64,000 nucleotides of DNA from Eledone cirrhosa (Eukaryota): the NCBI GenBank assembly GCA_964016885.1, contig OZ024743.1, positions 195,796,001 to 195,860,000 on the forward strand, written 5' to 3'. The notes beneath the pieces are model-generated. The model was not told where the DNA came from, searched no databases, and saw nothing but the letters and a program-made list of their open reading frames with translations. Made by a program: the position numbers and the translations under genes. Below are positions 52,565 to 64,000 of this stretch, piece after piece (the first letter of the stretch is position 1; every line of letters begins with the position of its first letter).

Positions 52565-53463
52565 TCACACACACACACACACACACACACATACATAACT
52601 TTACACATTCATATCATACATTTTCCAGGAGATAAACAGTAGAGCAAATTAACAACGTAGAAAATATCTAGGAAGTTACTATCTTCGTTGTTATCAAAGT
52701 ACAAGACCTTTGGAAATCTAGGCTCCTCCTAAATATTATGTTAATCAAATAATTATCGCACAGTTACAATTTAGAAAAAATAATTAATTTACTTTTGTCA
52801 TTATGATAAAGGAAATGATATTGGCAATTTTATTTTTATTTTTTATTTTTCATTTTTTATTTTCCAGGCATATCTGAGCAACTGGTTCATGCGAAGACAA
52901 TCCTAATTAATTTTACGAATGCCAAATAGCTGATATGATGCCAAAAACATGACACCTGGAGATACGTTAACCGTTTCCTGCTTAATATTTGCCTTAGCCG
53001 GTACAAAGAAAAAATTAAGAAGGGGACTGAGTTCTTTCAGGTTGTTTGTCAGAAACAATCTGTTGTTGGAGAAAAGACCATTTATCTTTGGAGATAAAAT
53101 AAAGGCTATCAAGTTTACAAACTTTCTGTTTCATGCTATGTTGTACCATGACATCAACTGATATGGAATGTACTGAGGCCAAGGCAAGGATATATATATT
53201 TGTTAATGATAGTGTTTAATTACAATTCTATTATATGGAATTATAAATAGTAGAACAGTAAATGGAACGTTTTTAGTTACATACATACATGTCTTTTCTA
53301 CATTAGGTACCATTGCCTATAGCGATTTCCCTCCTACAGAGAAAACCAACTGCCTTCGTTCAAACATATGGTCTTTATATGTGGAAACCATCTTGTAGAT
53401 ATAAGAATATAAAATTATATAGAATACTATAGATCTTGTGTATATATATATATGCACACACAC

Positions 53464-53510
<47 letters not shown>

Positions 53511-53984
53511 CATATACATACACACATACACACACACATATATATATATAAGTGTGTGTGTGTGTGTGTTTTACAGAACGTTATATGTATGACTAGTAAT
53601 TTATTGAGTTACTACATGAAATATATAAAATATAATTTTCGCAAGTAATTTGAGATAATTAGAGATAATTAAATGTAATTAAAGATGCTTAATAAGCATG
53701 CATATATTAAAGTATAGAATAAACAATATAAGATAGTTAAATAAATGTCAGAAGCAGTATGTTTTCTAACACATACTGTGTAGCACTATATGATGTTAAA
53801 GTTGAAACGAGCCTTGAGCAAACATGAGTTGTATTGCTAGATATTTTGTAATTGTTGAGGAAGCTTCAACGTTTTCTGATTTTGCAATACTTCTTATGAA
53901 TATATACACACAGATGTATGAATGTGTAAGGTTATATGTGTATGTGTGTGTGTGAGAAAGAGAGAGATAGAGAGAGAGAAAGGC

Positions 53985-54690
53985 AATGTTATGTGTGTGA
54001 GCGAATATATGTGTATGTGTGTGTGTGGGTGAGAGAGAGAGAGAATCTATGTTAGGTGTGTGAGAGAGAGAGAGTCTATGGTACGTGTGTGAGCGAATAT
54101 ATGTGTGTGTGTGTATTTGTGCGTGTGTGAGAGAGAGAGACTATGTTATATATGTGACGAATGTATGTATATGTGTGAAAGAGTGTCTATGTGATGTGTG
54201 CGAGCGAATACATTTGTATGTGTGTGAGAGCCTACGGTATGTTATGTGTGAGCGAATCTATGTATGTGAAAGAGTGTCTATGTTATGTGTGTGAGCGAAT
54301 GTATGTATATGTATGTGAAAGAGTGTCTATGTTATGTGTGTGAGCGAATGTATGTGTATGTGTGTGAAAGAGTGTCTATGTTATATGTGTGAGCGAATGT
54401 ATGTGTATGTATGTGAAAGAGTCTATGTTATGTGTGTGAGCGAATGTATGTGTATGTATGTGAAAGAGTGTCTATGTTATGTGTGTGAGCGAATATATTT
54501 GTATGAATGTATGTGTATGTGTGTGAGCGAGTTCGTGTTAAGCGTGTGATAGAAATTATGTGTATTGGTGTGAGGGACAGTCTATATTATGCGTGTGAGA
54601 GAATATCTATATTATATGTGTGAGTGAATATATGTGTATGAGTGTGAGAGAGGGTTTATGTTATGTGTGCGAATGAATGTATGTGTTTTA
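53985..54690. repeat. Minisatellite with a unit of about 40-50 bp
   Basis: Repeated TATGTTATGTGTGTGAGCGAATGTATGTGTATG..GAAAGAGTGTC. Confidence 0.85.
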
Positions 54691-54744
54691 TGTGTGCTTG
54701 CGCATATCTATATATATATAGGGCGGGTAAAATTCCCGAGATCG

Positions 54745-54823
<79 letters not shown>

Positions 54824-54831
54824 TGTGTGTG

Positions 54832-56993
54832 AATGAAAAAGGGCGTGCTGCGTTGTTGCAAATATGAACATATCAATAAAAATAGACCGAGAAACAAGAA
54901 TGTCCTTCATCAGTAGCCTGCTGATGATATTGGCATTTCTTCGCATTAAAGACTAAATACCTAAATTCAGTGCGAGCGATAACTAAATTAAGTTATCGGG
55001 ACAGAGGAAAACAGAGGAAAGGAAACAAACAACATGGTAGTAATGCAACGTAAAGAGAGGAAAAGAGAAACAAGTCAATGAATCTTGTGGACTTAAGTCC
55101 GACAAATCAAATGACGAGAAGAAACAGACGTGTCCGAGCCACGAGAAAAGTGAGAGAGGGAAGAATTTCACGCAGGTCAGACGGGAGGAAGTGAGTGAGG
55201 AGGAGTAGCAGAGAGTGACTGAGTGAAAGTGTGAGGAAGGGGCCAGCCGAGAGTGAGTGACCAGCAGCGGTGGAAAGCAAGAGGTGAAGGAGAGAGAAAG
55301 AGGATAGCAGTAAGGTGACAGAAAAATAAGAACCACAGCGTATATATCCCCCCGGCCTGAACTCCCCACCCCTATTCCTTTAGTCCTCGGCCGCCCTGTT
55401 CCTCCCCCCCCCCCCACACACACGCACACACATATCCACGATTAACACCACTAACACACTCCTCCTTTTCACCGCCCACCCCACAACTAACAATACTAAC
55501 ACCCCCACCCCACCACCGACCACCCTCCCCAACTAACAATACTAACGTCTTTTTTCTCCCCTCCCCTATCACGACCCATCCCCCTCCCCCTATCACGCAC
55601 ACACTCACCGGTACATATATACATGCACTCACACTGACCACACACACTACTACCACCACTAACCTTCACCCACACATCCTCTCCCACCCACCCACAATTA
55701 ATACCACTAACATCTCCACGCACACGAACACACACACCCACCCACATCCCCTTACACCACCCACTCTAGACACCCTACCACCACTGACCCCCACTAACAC
55801 ACCCGCAATCAACCCTTTCCCCACCACCAATATACTAACACCCTCTAACACCCCCTTCACCACACACACACTCATCCAAACACGCACACACACCAGTACA
55901 CTACACTCCCTCCACCGTCCCCACACTTTCTCTCCCTCTCCCCGCTTCACCCACACCCCTTCACACACACACACACACACACACATTCCACTCACACGTC
56001 TACTAATACACCCCCTCCTCACTCCACCTTTCACACCTACCCATCCTCTCCCCTGTCCACTGCACCTCCGCACACACTGATACACCGACTTTCTCCACCT
56101 GCCATTCTCACCTACTGCTGCTATGCCCTGGCCCTCTGACCACCTCTCCGCACACACAGACACACAACCATCCTCCTGCCTTGACCCTCTGACCACTTCC
56201 TGTTGCGCGCGCACCCCACACCTCCCCTCTTCCGACCAACCCAACACGGATTACACACATTGGACATCGCTCCCACGAGTCAACTCCATCACTAGGAAAT
56301 TATCCGGCAACCCACCACACCCTCTACGGAACTACCTTAGGAACTTACCTACGGACATACACTCACAATTTTTTTTTCCCACACGCCACCTACATCAACA
56401 ATTCGTATAAACACCACACACCTGTGCGTACCCCCACATATTTACACACTCAGCCTCAGGAATCCTCTCCCCCTCTCCCACCCATCTGACCCCTCCCCAT
56501 CCACACACGCACACACACACAGACCTACACCCCACCAGACACACACCTTTTCCTGAACATGGAACCCCGTTCTTCCCCCAACTCTCACATTCACATACAC
56601 ACACACACACACACGTACACCTACACACACACCACCTTCAGCCCTCCCCGCTCGGACACCCCGCCTCCCTCTCTCCACTCCACCCGCCACCACCCCTACA
56701 CGCCCCACATCATTCCACCACTTGTTATATTCATGTTTATTTTTATTTTTATTATGTTTTTCTATTTATTTTCATTTGTACCCCTTCCACCGTTTCCTGT
56801 CACCCCCTTTTTTCTAAATATCTCTCCCCCACTCCCCTACACACCCTTGGAACTCTCTTCCCACACGCTTTTCGCCTGAAGAAGGGATTATGCCCGAAAC
56901 GTCGTTCCCCACCACCACCCCCACTCTCAAGAGCATGAAACTAATAAAACTTTGTTCGTACTGCCTCTGTTTTGTTCCCGTTCCATTTTTCAC
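54832..56993 (+). mobile_element. Unclassified C/A-rich retroelement remnant with a 3' HHR-like motif
   Basis: Purine-rich then strongly C/A-skewed body. CTGAAGAAGGGATTATGCCCGAAACGTC at 56876-56903, then AATAAA, then (TA)n. The 5' boundary is uncertain. Confidence 0.5.
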
Positions 56994-57001
56994 TATATAA
57001 T

Positions 57002-57036
<35 letters not shown>

Positions 57037-57342
57037 ATGTGTGTGATGTATATTATATAGTATATATTATGTGTTGTGTATGGTATCGACGCCACGGTCC
57101 AGGTTAGTCATATTTTATCCTGAGTTCAGTTTTTTTCGTCGCTTTGGTCACTGCGGCCCGCCTATCGGTCGTTGTCTTCAATTTGCAAAGCTGTATAAAC
57201 ATAATATTATAACTCTAGGGTAATACACCCTATTGAGTGCTTAGATGTACACCCCGACTGCATTCGTTAGCTTGGCTGCAACCAGAGCTTCGATGATGCT
57301 GTACTAAATTTTGTATATATGTATATATATATATATATATAT

Positions 57343-58987
57343 ATTGGTAAACGGAATAGAAAATGCTGACAAATTGTTCACAGTTGAAAAATGGTTTAAT
57401 TAGGAATAAAAGAGTATTAGTGATTGTATGGGTTAGTATTCAGTTGTGGTTTTAGGTTTTTAAGTTTTTACCGGTTGCGCATTTCTAAATGCTTTTCAAA
57501 AATAATTTTGAGATAGAGTGTCCGTGCTGTTTGCTCTGATCTGATTAGTTTTGGTAATTCTACCTGTTTTATGTTAAAAAAGTGGCTCCAATTTGCAAAA
57601 ATTCTTGTGGTCAAAACAATTTTGATTGGTCGGTAGAAGTCATGTGAATGTAAAAAATTGATTTTGCGCCAAGACTGTTTTTATTAACTTCACGATGGAA
57701 TACAGCCATCAACAACTCCCCTTCCTCGACATCCTCATTAAGATTCATAACAAAAAATAGAAACAGACATATACTACAAGCCCACAGACTCCAAGCAATA
57801 TCTCCCCTTCAACTCTTGCCACCCTAGACACGTTAAAATTAATATTACCTACAACTTAGCCAAGAGAATCTGTACTATAGTCTCCAATAAAAACATCTGC
57901 TACTTACGGCTACAAGAACTAAAGGACACACTCATAGGCAGGGACTACCCTGCATCACTAATTAACAATGGAATCCAACGTGCCCTAAAACTCAGTACCC
58001 AGGACCTTAGACACACTAAAGTAAATCAACCAAAACTTAAAGCTCTTCCATACATCTCCACACACAACCCCCTCAACAATGAGGCCTTTGACACCATCCT
58101 CCAGAACATCCCTGTATTGAAAAACAACTATAGAATAAACCAAATTCTACGAACACACGACATCATAAAGAGCAAAAGACAATCCATGTCAATGAAAAAC
58201 ATCTTAACACATGCCAAAGTACTGCCAACCACAACAACGAAACCCACAGTAAAAAAATGCGATAGACCCAACTGTGGCATTTGCATCAACCTAATAGAGG
58301 GTTCGAAATTCTATTTCAAAGATGAACAACGTTTTATAGTAAAACACAATTTCACATGTGTATCGGAAAATCTAATATATGTATTAACTTGTTCAGGTTG
58401 TCGAGAACAATACATAGGCCAGACCAAAAACAGCCTCCGCCAACGCATGACTGTCCATAGATCCCAAATCAAAATACGGGAATACAGGAAAATACCACTG
58501 AGTGAACACATTGATACCTGTGCCGCCCAAAATCATCCCAACTTCAGAATCTTTCCCCTCTACAAATTTAAAGATAATGCCACCCACACCCAGCGCATCA
58601 GCAAGGAATCTTACTTCATTAACAAATACGGACCCCGTCTAAACACTTCTCCCTAAGACGAACCCACAACATACACACGTCAACATACATACCTACATCA
58701 GCACACATCTCTACCCACATATAAACACAATGACATACGTAAACACACATGCTCTATGGTGCAACACAAGAAAATATATGTGCACATATATATATGTATA
58801 TATATGTATATATGTATATGTATATATATATATGTATATAGTGAATGTATGTATGTGTATATATATATAGTGAATATCATTTGACACCTTTTATTGTTAA
58901 GATTTTTGATGTTCTATTAAGAGAACCGATTTTACTTAAAAAATCGAATAATGTACACCATTTTACCAGGGGGGGAAAAATACTGGT

Positions 58988-59023
<36 letters not shown>

Positions 59024-59190
59024 ACGCGTACATCAACATACAAAGAGACTTATATATACACACACACACACACACGCACTTCTCCGTATAAGACAAAAGC
59101 TAAAAAAATATCTTTTGACATGCTAAAATACCCCCCATTGCTTTCAGACACATTCTTACTGACCATCCCTGCCACCACGAATTACTCTGC

Positions 59191-59247
<57 letters not shown>

Positions 59248-59313
59248 ATCTTAATAGCCATTTGACCCAAATCGCTGCTAACCATTATCACAACATCGAA
59301 CACTTTACTACTA

Positions 59314-59365
<52 letters not shown>

Positions 59366-59976
59366 TTGTTGTGAAAGAGTCATTTCTCAATCTTGGCGCA
59401 AAACCAATTTTTTATTCACATGACCTCTACCGACCAATCAAAATTGTTTTGACCACAAGAATTTTTGCTGGAGCCACTTTTTTAACATAAAAACAGTCTT
59501 GGTGCAAAATCAATTTTTTACATTCACATGACCTCTACCGACCAATCAAAATTGTTTTGACCACAAGAATTTTTGCTGGAGCCACTTTTTTAACATAAAA
59601 ACAGTCTTGGCGCAAAATCAATTTTTTACATTCACATGACCTCTACCGACCAATCAAAATTGTTTTGACCACAAGAATTTTTGCAAATTGGAGCCACTTT
59701 TTTAACATAAAAACAGGTAGAATTCCCAAAACTAATCAGATCAGAGCAAACAGCACGGACACTCTATCTCAAAATTATTTTTGAAAAGCATTTAGAAATG
59801 CGCAACCGGTAAAAACTTAAAAACATAAAACCACAAATGAATACTAACCCATACAATCACTAATACTCTTTTATTCCTAATTAAACCATTTTTCAACTGT
59901 GAACAATTTGTCAGCATTTTCTATTCCGTTTACCAATATATAATAACTTGCGTGTTACACCTCTATTCTTTTAACT
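57343..59976 (+). mobile_element. Neptune-like PLE, 5'-truncated, with inverted 3'-end copy (57343-57683)
   Basis: Classic PLE layout: inverted terminal segment, RT thumb, GIY-YIG and a 1.3-kb UTR with three internal repeats of about 110 bp (59385-59715). Both ends abut (TA)n. Confidence 0.92.
57684..58656 (+). pseudogene. PLE RT C-terminus plus GIY-YIG endonuclease (frameshift near 57755)
   Basis: NFTMEYS..LPFLDILI, TDIYYKPTD..YL.FNSCHP, KCDRPNCGIC, FTCVSENLIYVLTCSGCREQYIGQT..LRQRMTVH, RISKESYFINKY.P.LN. Confidence 0.92.
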
Positions 59977-60238
59977 ATATATATATATATATATATATTT
60001 GTGTGTATGTGAGCGTATATCTATATCCGCGAGCGTATGTCTATGTGTGTACGTATGTATAGGTTCGATTATGTATGCAAGTAGACGTGTTCATCGCATG
60101 AATCAACGGATTCATCAAGTATGTTTGCACAACGTTGTTATTTCTAGTGGTACATTTTTATCTCTCTACCTCCATCAATCTCACTCTATCCCCTCCACCA
60201 CCGCTCTCTATTTCTCTCGTTCCCTTCCTCTCTCTCTC

Positions 60239-60324
<86 letters not shown>

Positions 60325-60373
60325 GGAGGTGAGTAATATTGTAGAACAATAAAAGTCTGCATATATCAGATAC

Positions 60374-60427
<54 letters not shown>

Positions 60428-61150
60428 CCGAGCTATATATATATATACACACACACATAATTCACAGTGTATCAGTGTGTGACCTTTCTGTTTATCTTGC
60501 AATTCTGATTTAACAATATAAGACAAACTGCATCTCTTGTATTCGTACCTATCTGTATATCTCAGTACGTCCATTGAGTATGGATGTGTGGATGTGTAAA
60601 TATGTGTATAAGTATAAAGGCTTCTGAGTATTTATGAGTGTGTATGCGAGTGTATGTGTGTGTAGGGTGTGTAATCAGTATCTCTTTCGTTTCTATGGAG
60701 CGTGCGTGTTTACAGGGCGTGTATCAATATCTTTTTCGTGTCTATGCAATGTATGTATGCGTGTTTCTCTGTCTCAGTCGTGATATGTTTGTGCATATGT
60801 GTGATTTCGATATCATTTTAGTTTCTATGGAGTGTGTTCACATATTTCTGTGTCTAAAAGATAAATTGTTATCGTTTCCGTCAAATGTCCTATTTCCAGC
60901 AATACGGGGATGAGGTGAATTGATGCTATTTCCACACCAATGTTTGGATTAATAAGTAAATATTATCATTGGTTTTCCTTGGCTAGTACTTACAGTAAAG
61001 AAAAAGCAAGTTAAATACATTGGACTCACATAACATTTCTGCTTGGACCTATTCGAATCATGTGTATGTGTATCTGAGAAGGATAGTGCGTAGCACTTTA
61101 GCTACTCCAGAAGTATTCACCATGACTTTCAATAGATCAGATAGTAAATC

Positions 61151-61187
<37 letters not shown>

Positions 61188-61216
61188 GGGGGGAGAGATG
61201 TACATACATATTTACT

Positions 61217-61253
<37 letters not shown>

Positions 61254-61604
61254 ATATGTGTGTGTGGGGGGGGTAAGGGGTTTAGCTTAGTTATTAATAT
61301 GTTCGGCTGGCTTGTGTAAGGTCGTGATTTCAATTCCCAGACCGGGTGTCCCATTGTCTCCTTTACCAAGACACTTTATTCCACATTACACCAGTCCACT
61401 CTGTTGGCAAGAATGATTGTACCTGTAATTCAAGGGGGAAACCATGTCACACATGGTGTCGTGTTGGATCTTTCTAAGAAATAAATTTAGGATGCACACG
61501 TCCGTGGACTATACAGGCAATTGTCTAACTATGATGTAATCACACGTAAACACTCCTCTTTGTGTACATCATAAGATATTACGTATATGGTATCTGACAA
61601 GGTA

Positions 61605-64000
61605 AAGGATCTTGACTCTACCCTATTGGATTTAAAAAAATCTAGCAAAGTCCACTCCGACAAAACTGTAATTCTATACCACATGGATATTGATAATTAC
61701 AATGAGTTCATTTATAAAGAACTCAGGAAAAATTATAAAAAAACAAATAATGCTGCTCTTACTAATATCAACAACAAAACATACAACATAGTAAATAAAA
61801 TCAATATTGAAGACAGAACTGAAAAAACCACACTTTAACTTGAAAGATCACAAATCTAACTTTAACTCTAATCCTTCTATAAGACTTACAGGCCCTTCCA
61901 AGTCTGACATTGGCATCATTAGTAAAAAAAATGTTAGATAGAATTATCCCACAATTAAGAAAACACGTTAACTTACCACTCTGGGAAAACACATCCCAAG
62001 TAATTAACTGGTTTACTAATATTAGAAATAAATCTTCTGCTTCATTTCTACAATTTGATATAGATGCTTATTATTCCTCTATATCACCCATACTCCTGAA
62101 CAAAGCCTTGATATTTGCCAAAAGTAGATCAGACTTAACTATCGATGACATTAATATTATCACGCACGCTAGACAAACACTACTGGAGTTTCAGAAGGAA
62201 TACTGGACCAGAAATACATACAGTAATCTCTTCGACATAACTATGGGCTCTAGTGATTCCGCCCAAATTACCGATCTTGTGGGCCTCTTTCTTCTATTTA
62301 ACATTAATTCATCTTTTCCCCACCTTAAAGGTGGTTTATATCGGGATGACTGTCTTCTTCTTTCCACTAATCTTAGCCTATCAGAAATTGAAAGAAATAA
62401 AAAACTTATTAGAACTTTCCTCAAAGACTATTACAATCTCACTATTACATTTGAAACCACCAGTAAAATAGTCAATTTCCTAGATATAACTTTAGACCTA
62501 TCTACGGGTATCTACCAACCTTACCATAAACCTAACCAAAACTTACATTACATACACTCACACTCCAATCACCCTAGATATATCCTTAAAAACCGCGCAT
62601 ATAACATCTCACTCAGAATCTCTAACCTTTCATCAAACCAGGATGTATTCGATAAAAACATGCCCTTTTATAACGAAGCTTTAGCTAGAAGCGGCCACAA
62701 AAACAAATTAGTCTATATACCTTGCACTAATAATACTTCAAACATACAACCCAATATTACCAACAAACACCAAATGAAAAACCCACACCTAAATATCATT
62801 CAAATTACACCTAAAAATACCAACATAAAACTTAATTTCTCTACCTCTTCACACATAAAATATGACTTTCAAAAAAACCATTCATCCTAATACTCGAATA
62901 TATGTTAATAAAATTCTCGAATATATGCTAACAAAATTCCTAGTAATCAGACTAAAATACCTAAATCAGTTAATCTAACTAAACCTATATATAATAAAGT
63001 CAATAATAGTAACTCTCTTAGTAAACACCCTGATGCATCGTATAAATATAAAAAAACAATATCGAAACCGTAATAGACGGGTTACTTGGTATAATGCTCC
63101 ATTTAATCTACAAATTAAAGACAATATCCCTAAAAAATGCTTTGCTATCCTAGAGAAAATCTTCGCACCAAACCATAAATACCATCAAATTTTAAATAGA
63201 TCAACTGTCAAATTTTCCTACTCCCCTACCAAAGATATACAACAGAATATAAGTGTGTACATCGCATATAAGTGTAAAATACCCCACAAATATACCACCA
63301 ACACATCAAACCAACCATAATACTAAAATAAACCGCAACAAACCACCATCTCCTTCACCTATAACAAGTCGAGTAAACTCCACAGCAAATTTGACTAACT
63401 CCCCCGATATAATATTCACGAATGGTTGTAACTGTAGAATCAAAAGAAATTGCCCATTAAAGAGAAATTGTCTTATGAATGACATAGTCTATAAATGTAA
63501 AATTAGCACTAAGGACTCCACTTATTCATATATAGGAGCTACGTCTAACCAATTTAAAGTAAGATTTAATACACACAAACATAGTTTTTAAAATGCCGCA
63601 TTAGCTAATACAACATCCTTGGTTGAAACAATTAATAATTATAGAAAGAAGAATATCGATTACAACCTAACCTGGAGCTTGCTCAAAGGGGCCTCCCCTT
63701 ATCAAATTAGCAGATACGAGTGTATGTTATGCTCCCAGGAACTTTTTGAAATCATGAAATCTATGGATATCCTATTAAATAAGCGACAGGGATGAATTAT
63801 ATCATGCAATCATAGAATTAGAAGAACCTTCAAATATTATAAACCTAATTAATATACACCTTACTCTTATATTTTACAAATTATTATAATTGTTTTTTTT
63901 TTATTTAGTTAACCTATAATTAGTATTTTACTACAGAGAACTTCATAATTTTATTTCCCTCTTACAGCTCTCTTTTCCTAAAATTAATACCTAAAAGTAT
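61605..64000 (+). mobile_element. Second Naiad-like PLE copy, 5'-truncated and frameshifted; runs off the window
   Basis: Colinear with 28460-30870: QFDIDAYYSSIS, GLYRDD, CNCRIKRNCPLKRNC, YIGAT. In-frame stop at 63589. Confidence 0.92.

Noticed and set aside
52868-53183. Protein-coding exon after a strong acceptor
   Set aside because: All three frames hit stops within about 60 nt, and there is no recognisable domain.
53985-54690. CRISPR-like array
   Set aside because: Degenerate tandem minisatellite without unique spacers, in eukaryotic context with no cas genes.

Overview
Eukaryotic, AT- and microsatellite-rich, retroelement-dominated DNA with no recognisable host protein-coding gene. The SINE families and (TA)n density suggest a coleoid cephalopod, probably octopus; this is inference. 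The first 11.5 kb is a nest of non-LTR retrotransposons around (ATT)n tracts: three Tx1/L1-clade pieces and one R4/Dong-type element with an uninterrupted 950-aa RT plus restriction-like endonuclease ORF. The rest holds Penelope-like elements (two Naiad-like copies, a Neptune-like family, many short ends) whose 3' ends run into (TA)n, often as head-to-head inverted repeats. It also holds tRNA-derived SINEs with clear TSDs, RTE and mariner remnants, and simple repeats. The most notable signal is non-coding: at least six unrelated families of type I hammerhead ribozyme (HHR) motifs. These include a 3.3-copy tandem array of exactly 320-nt units, each with a U3-A8 variant HHR (retrozyme/circular-RNA-like), which has a diverged C3-G8 relative showing covariation elsewhere in the window, and an HHR with a 105-nt stem II. 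All RNA structures were paired by eye and are untested.
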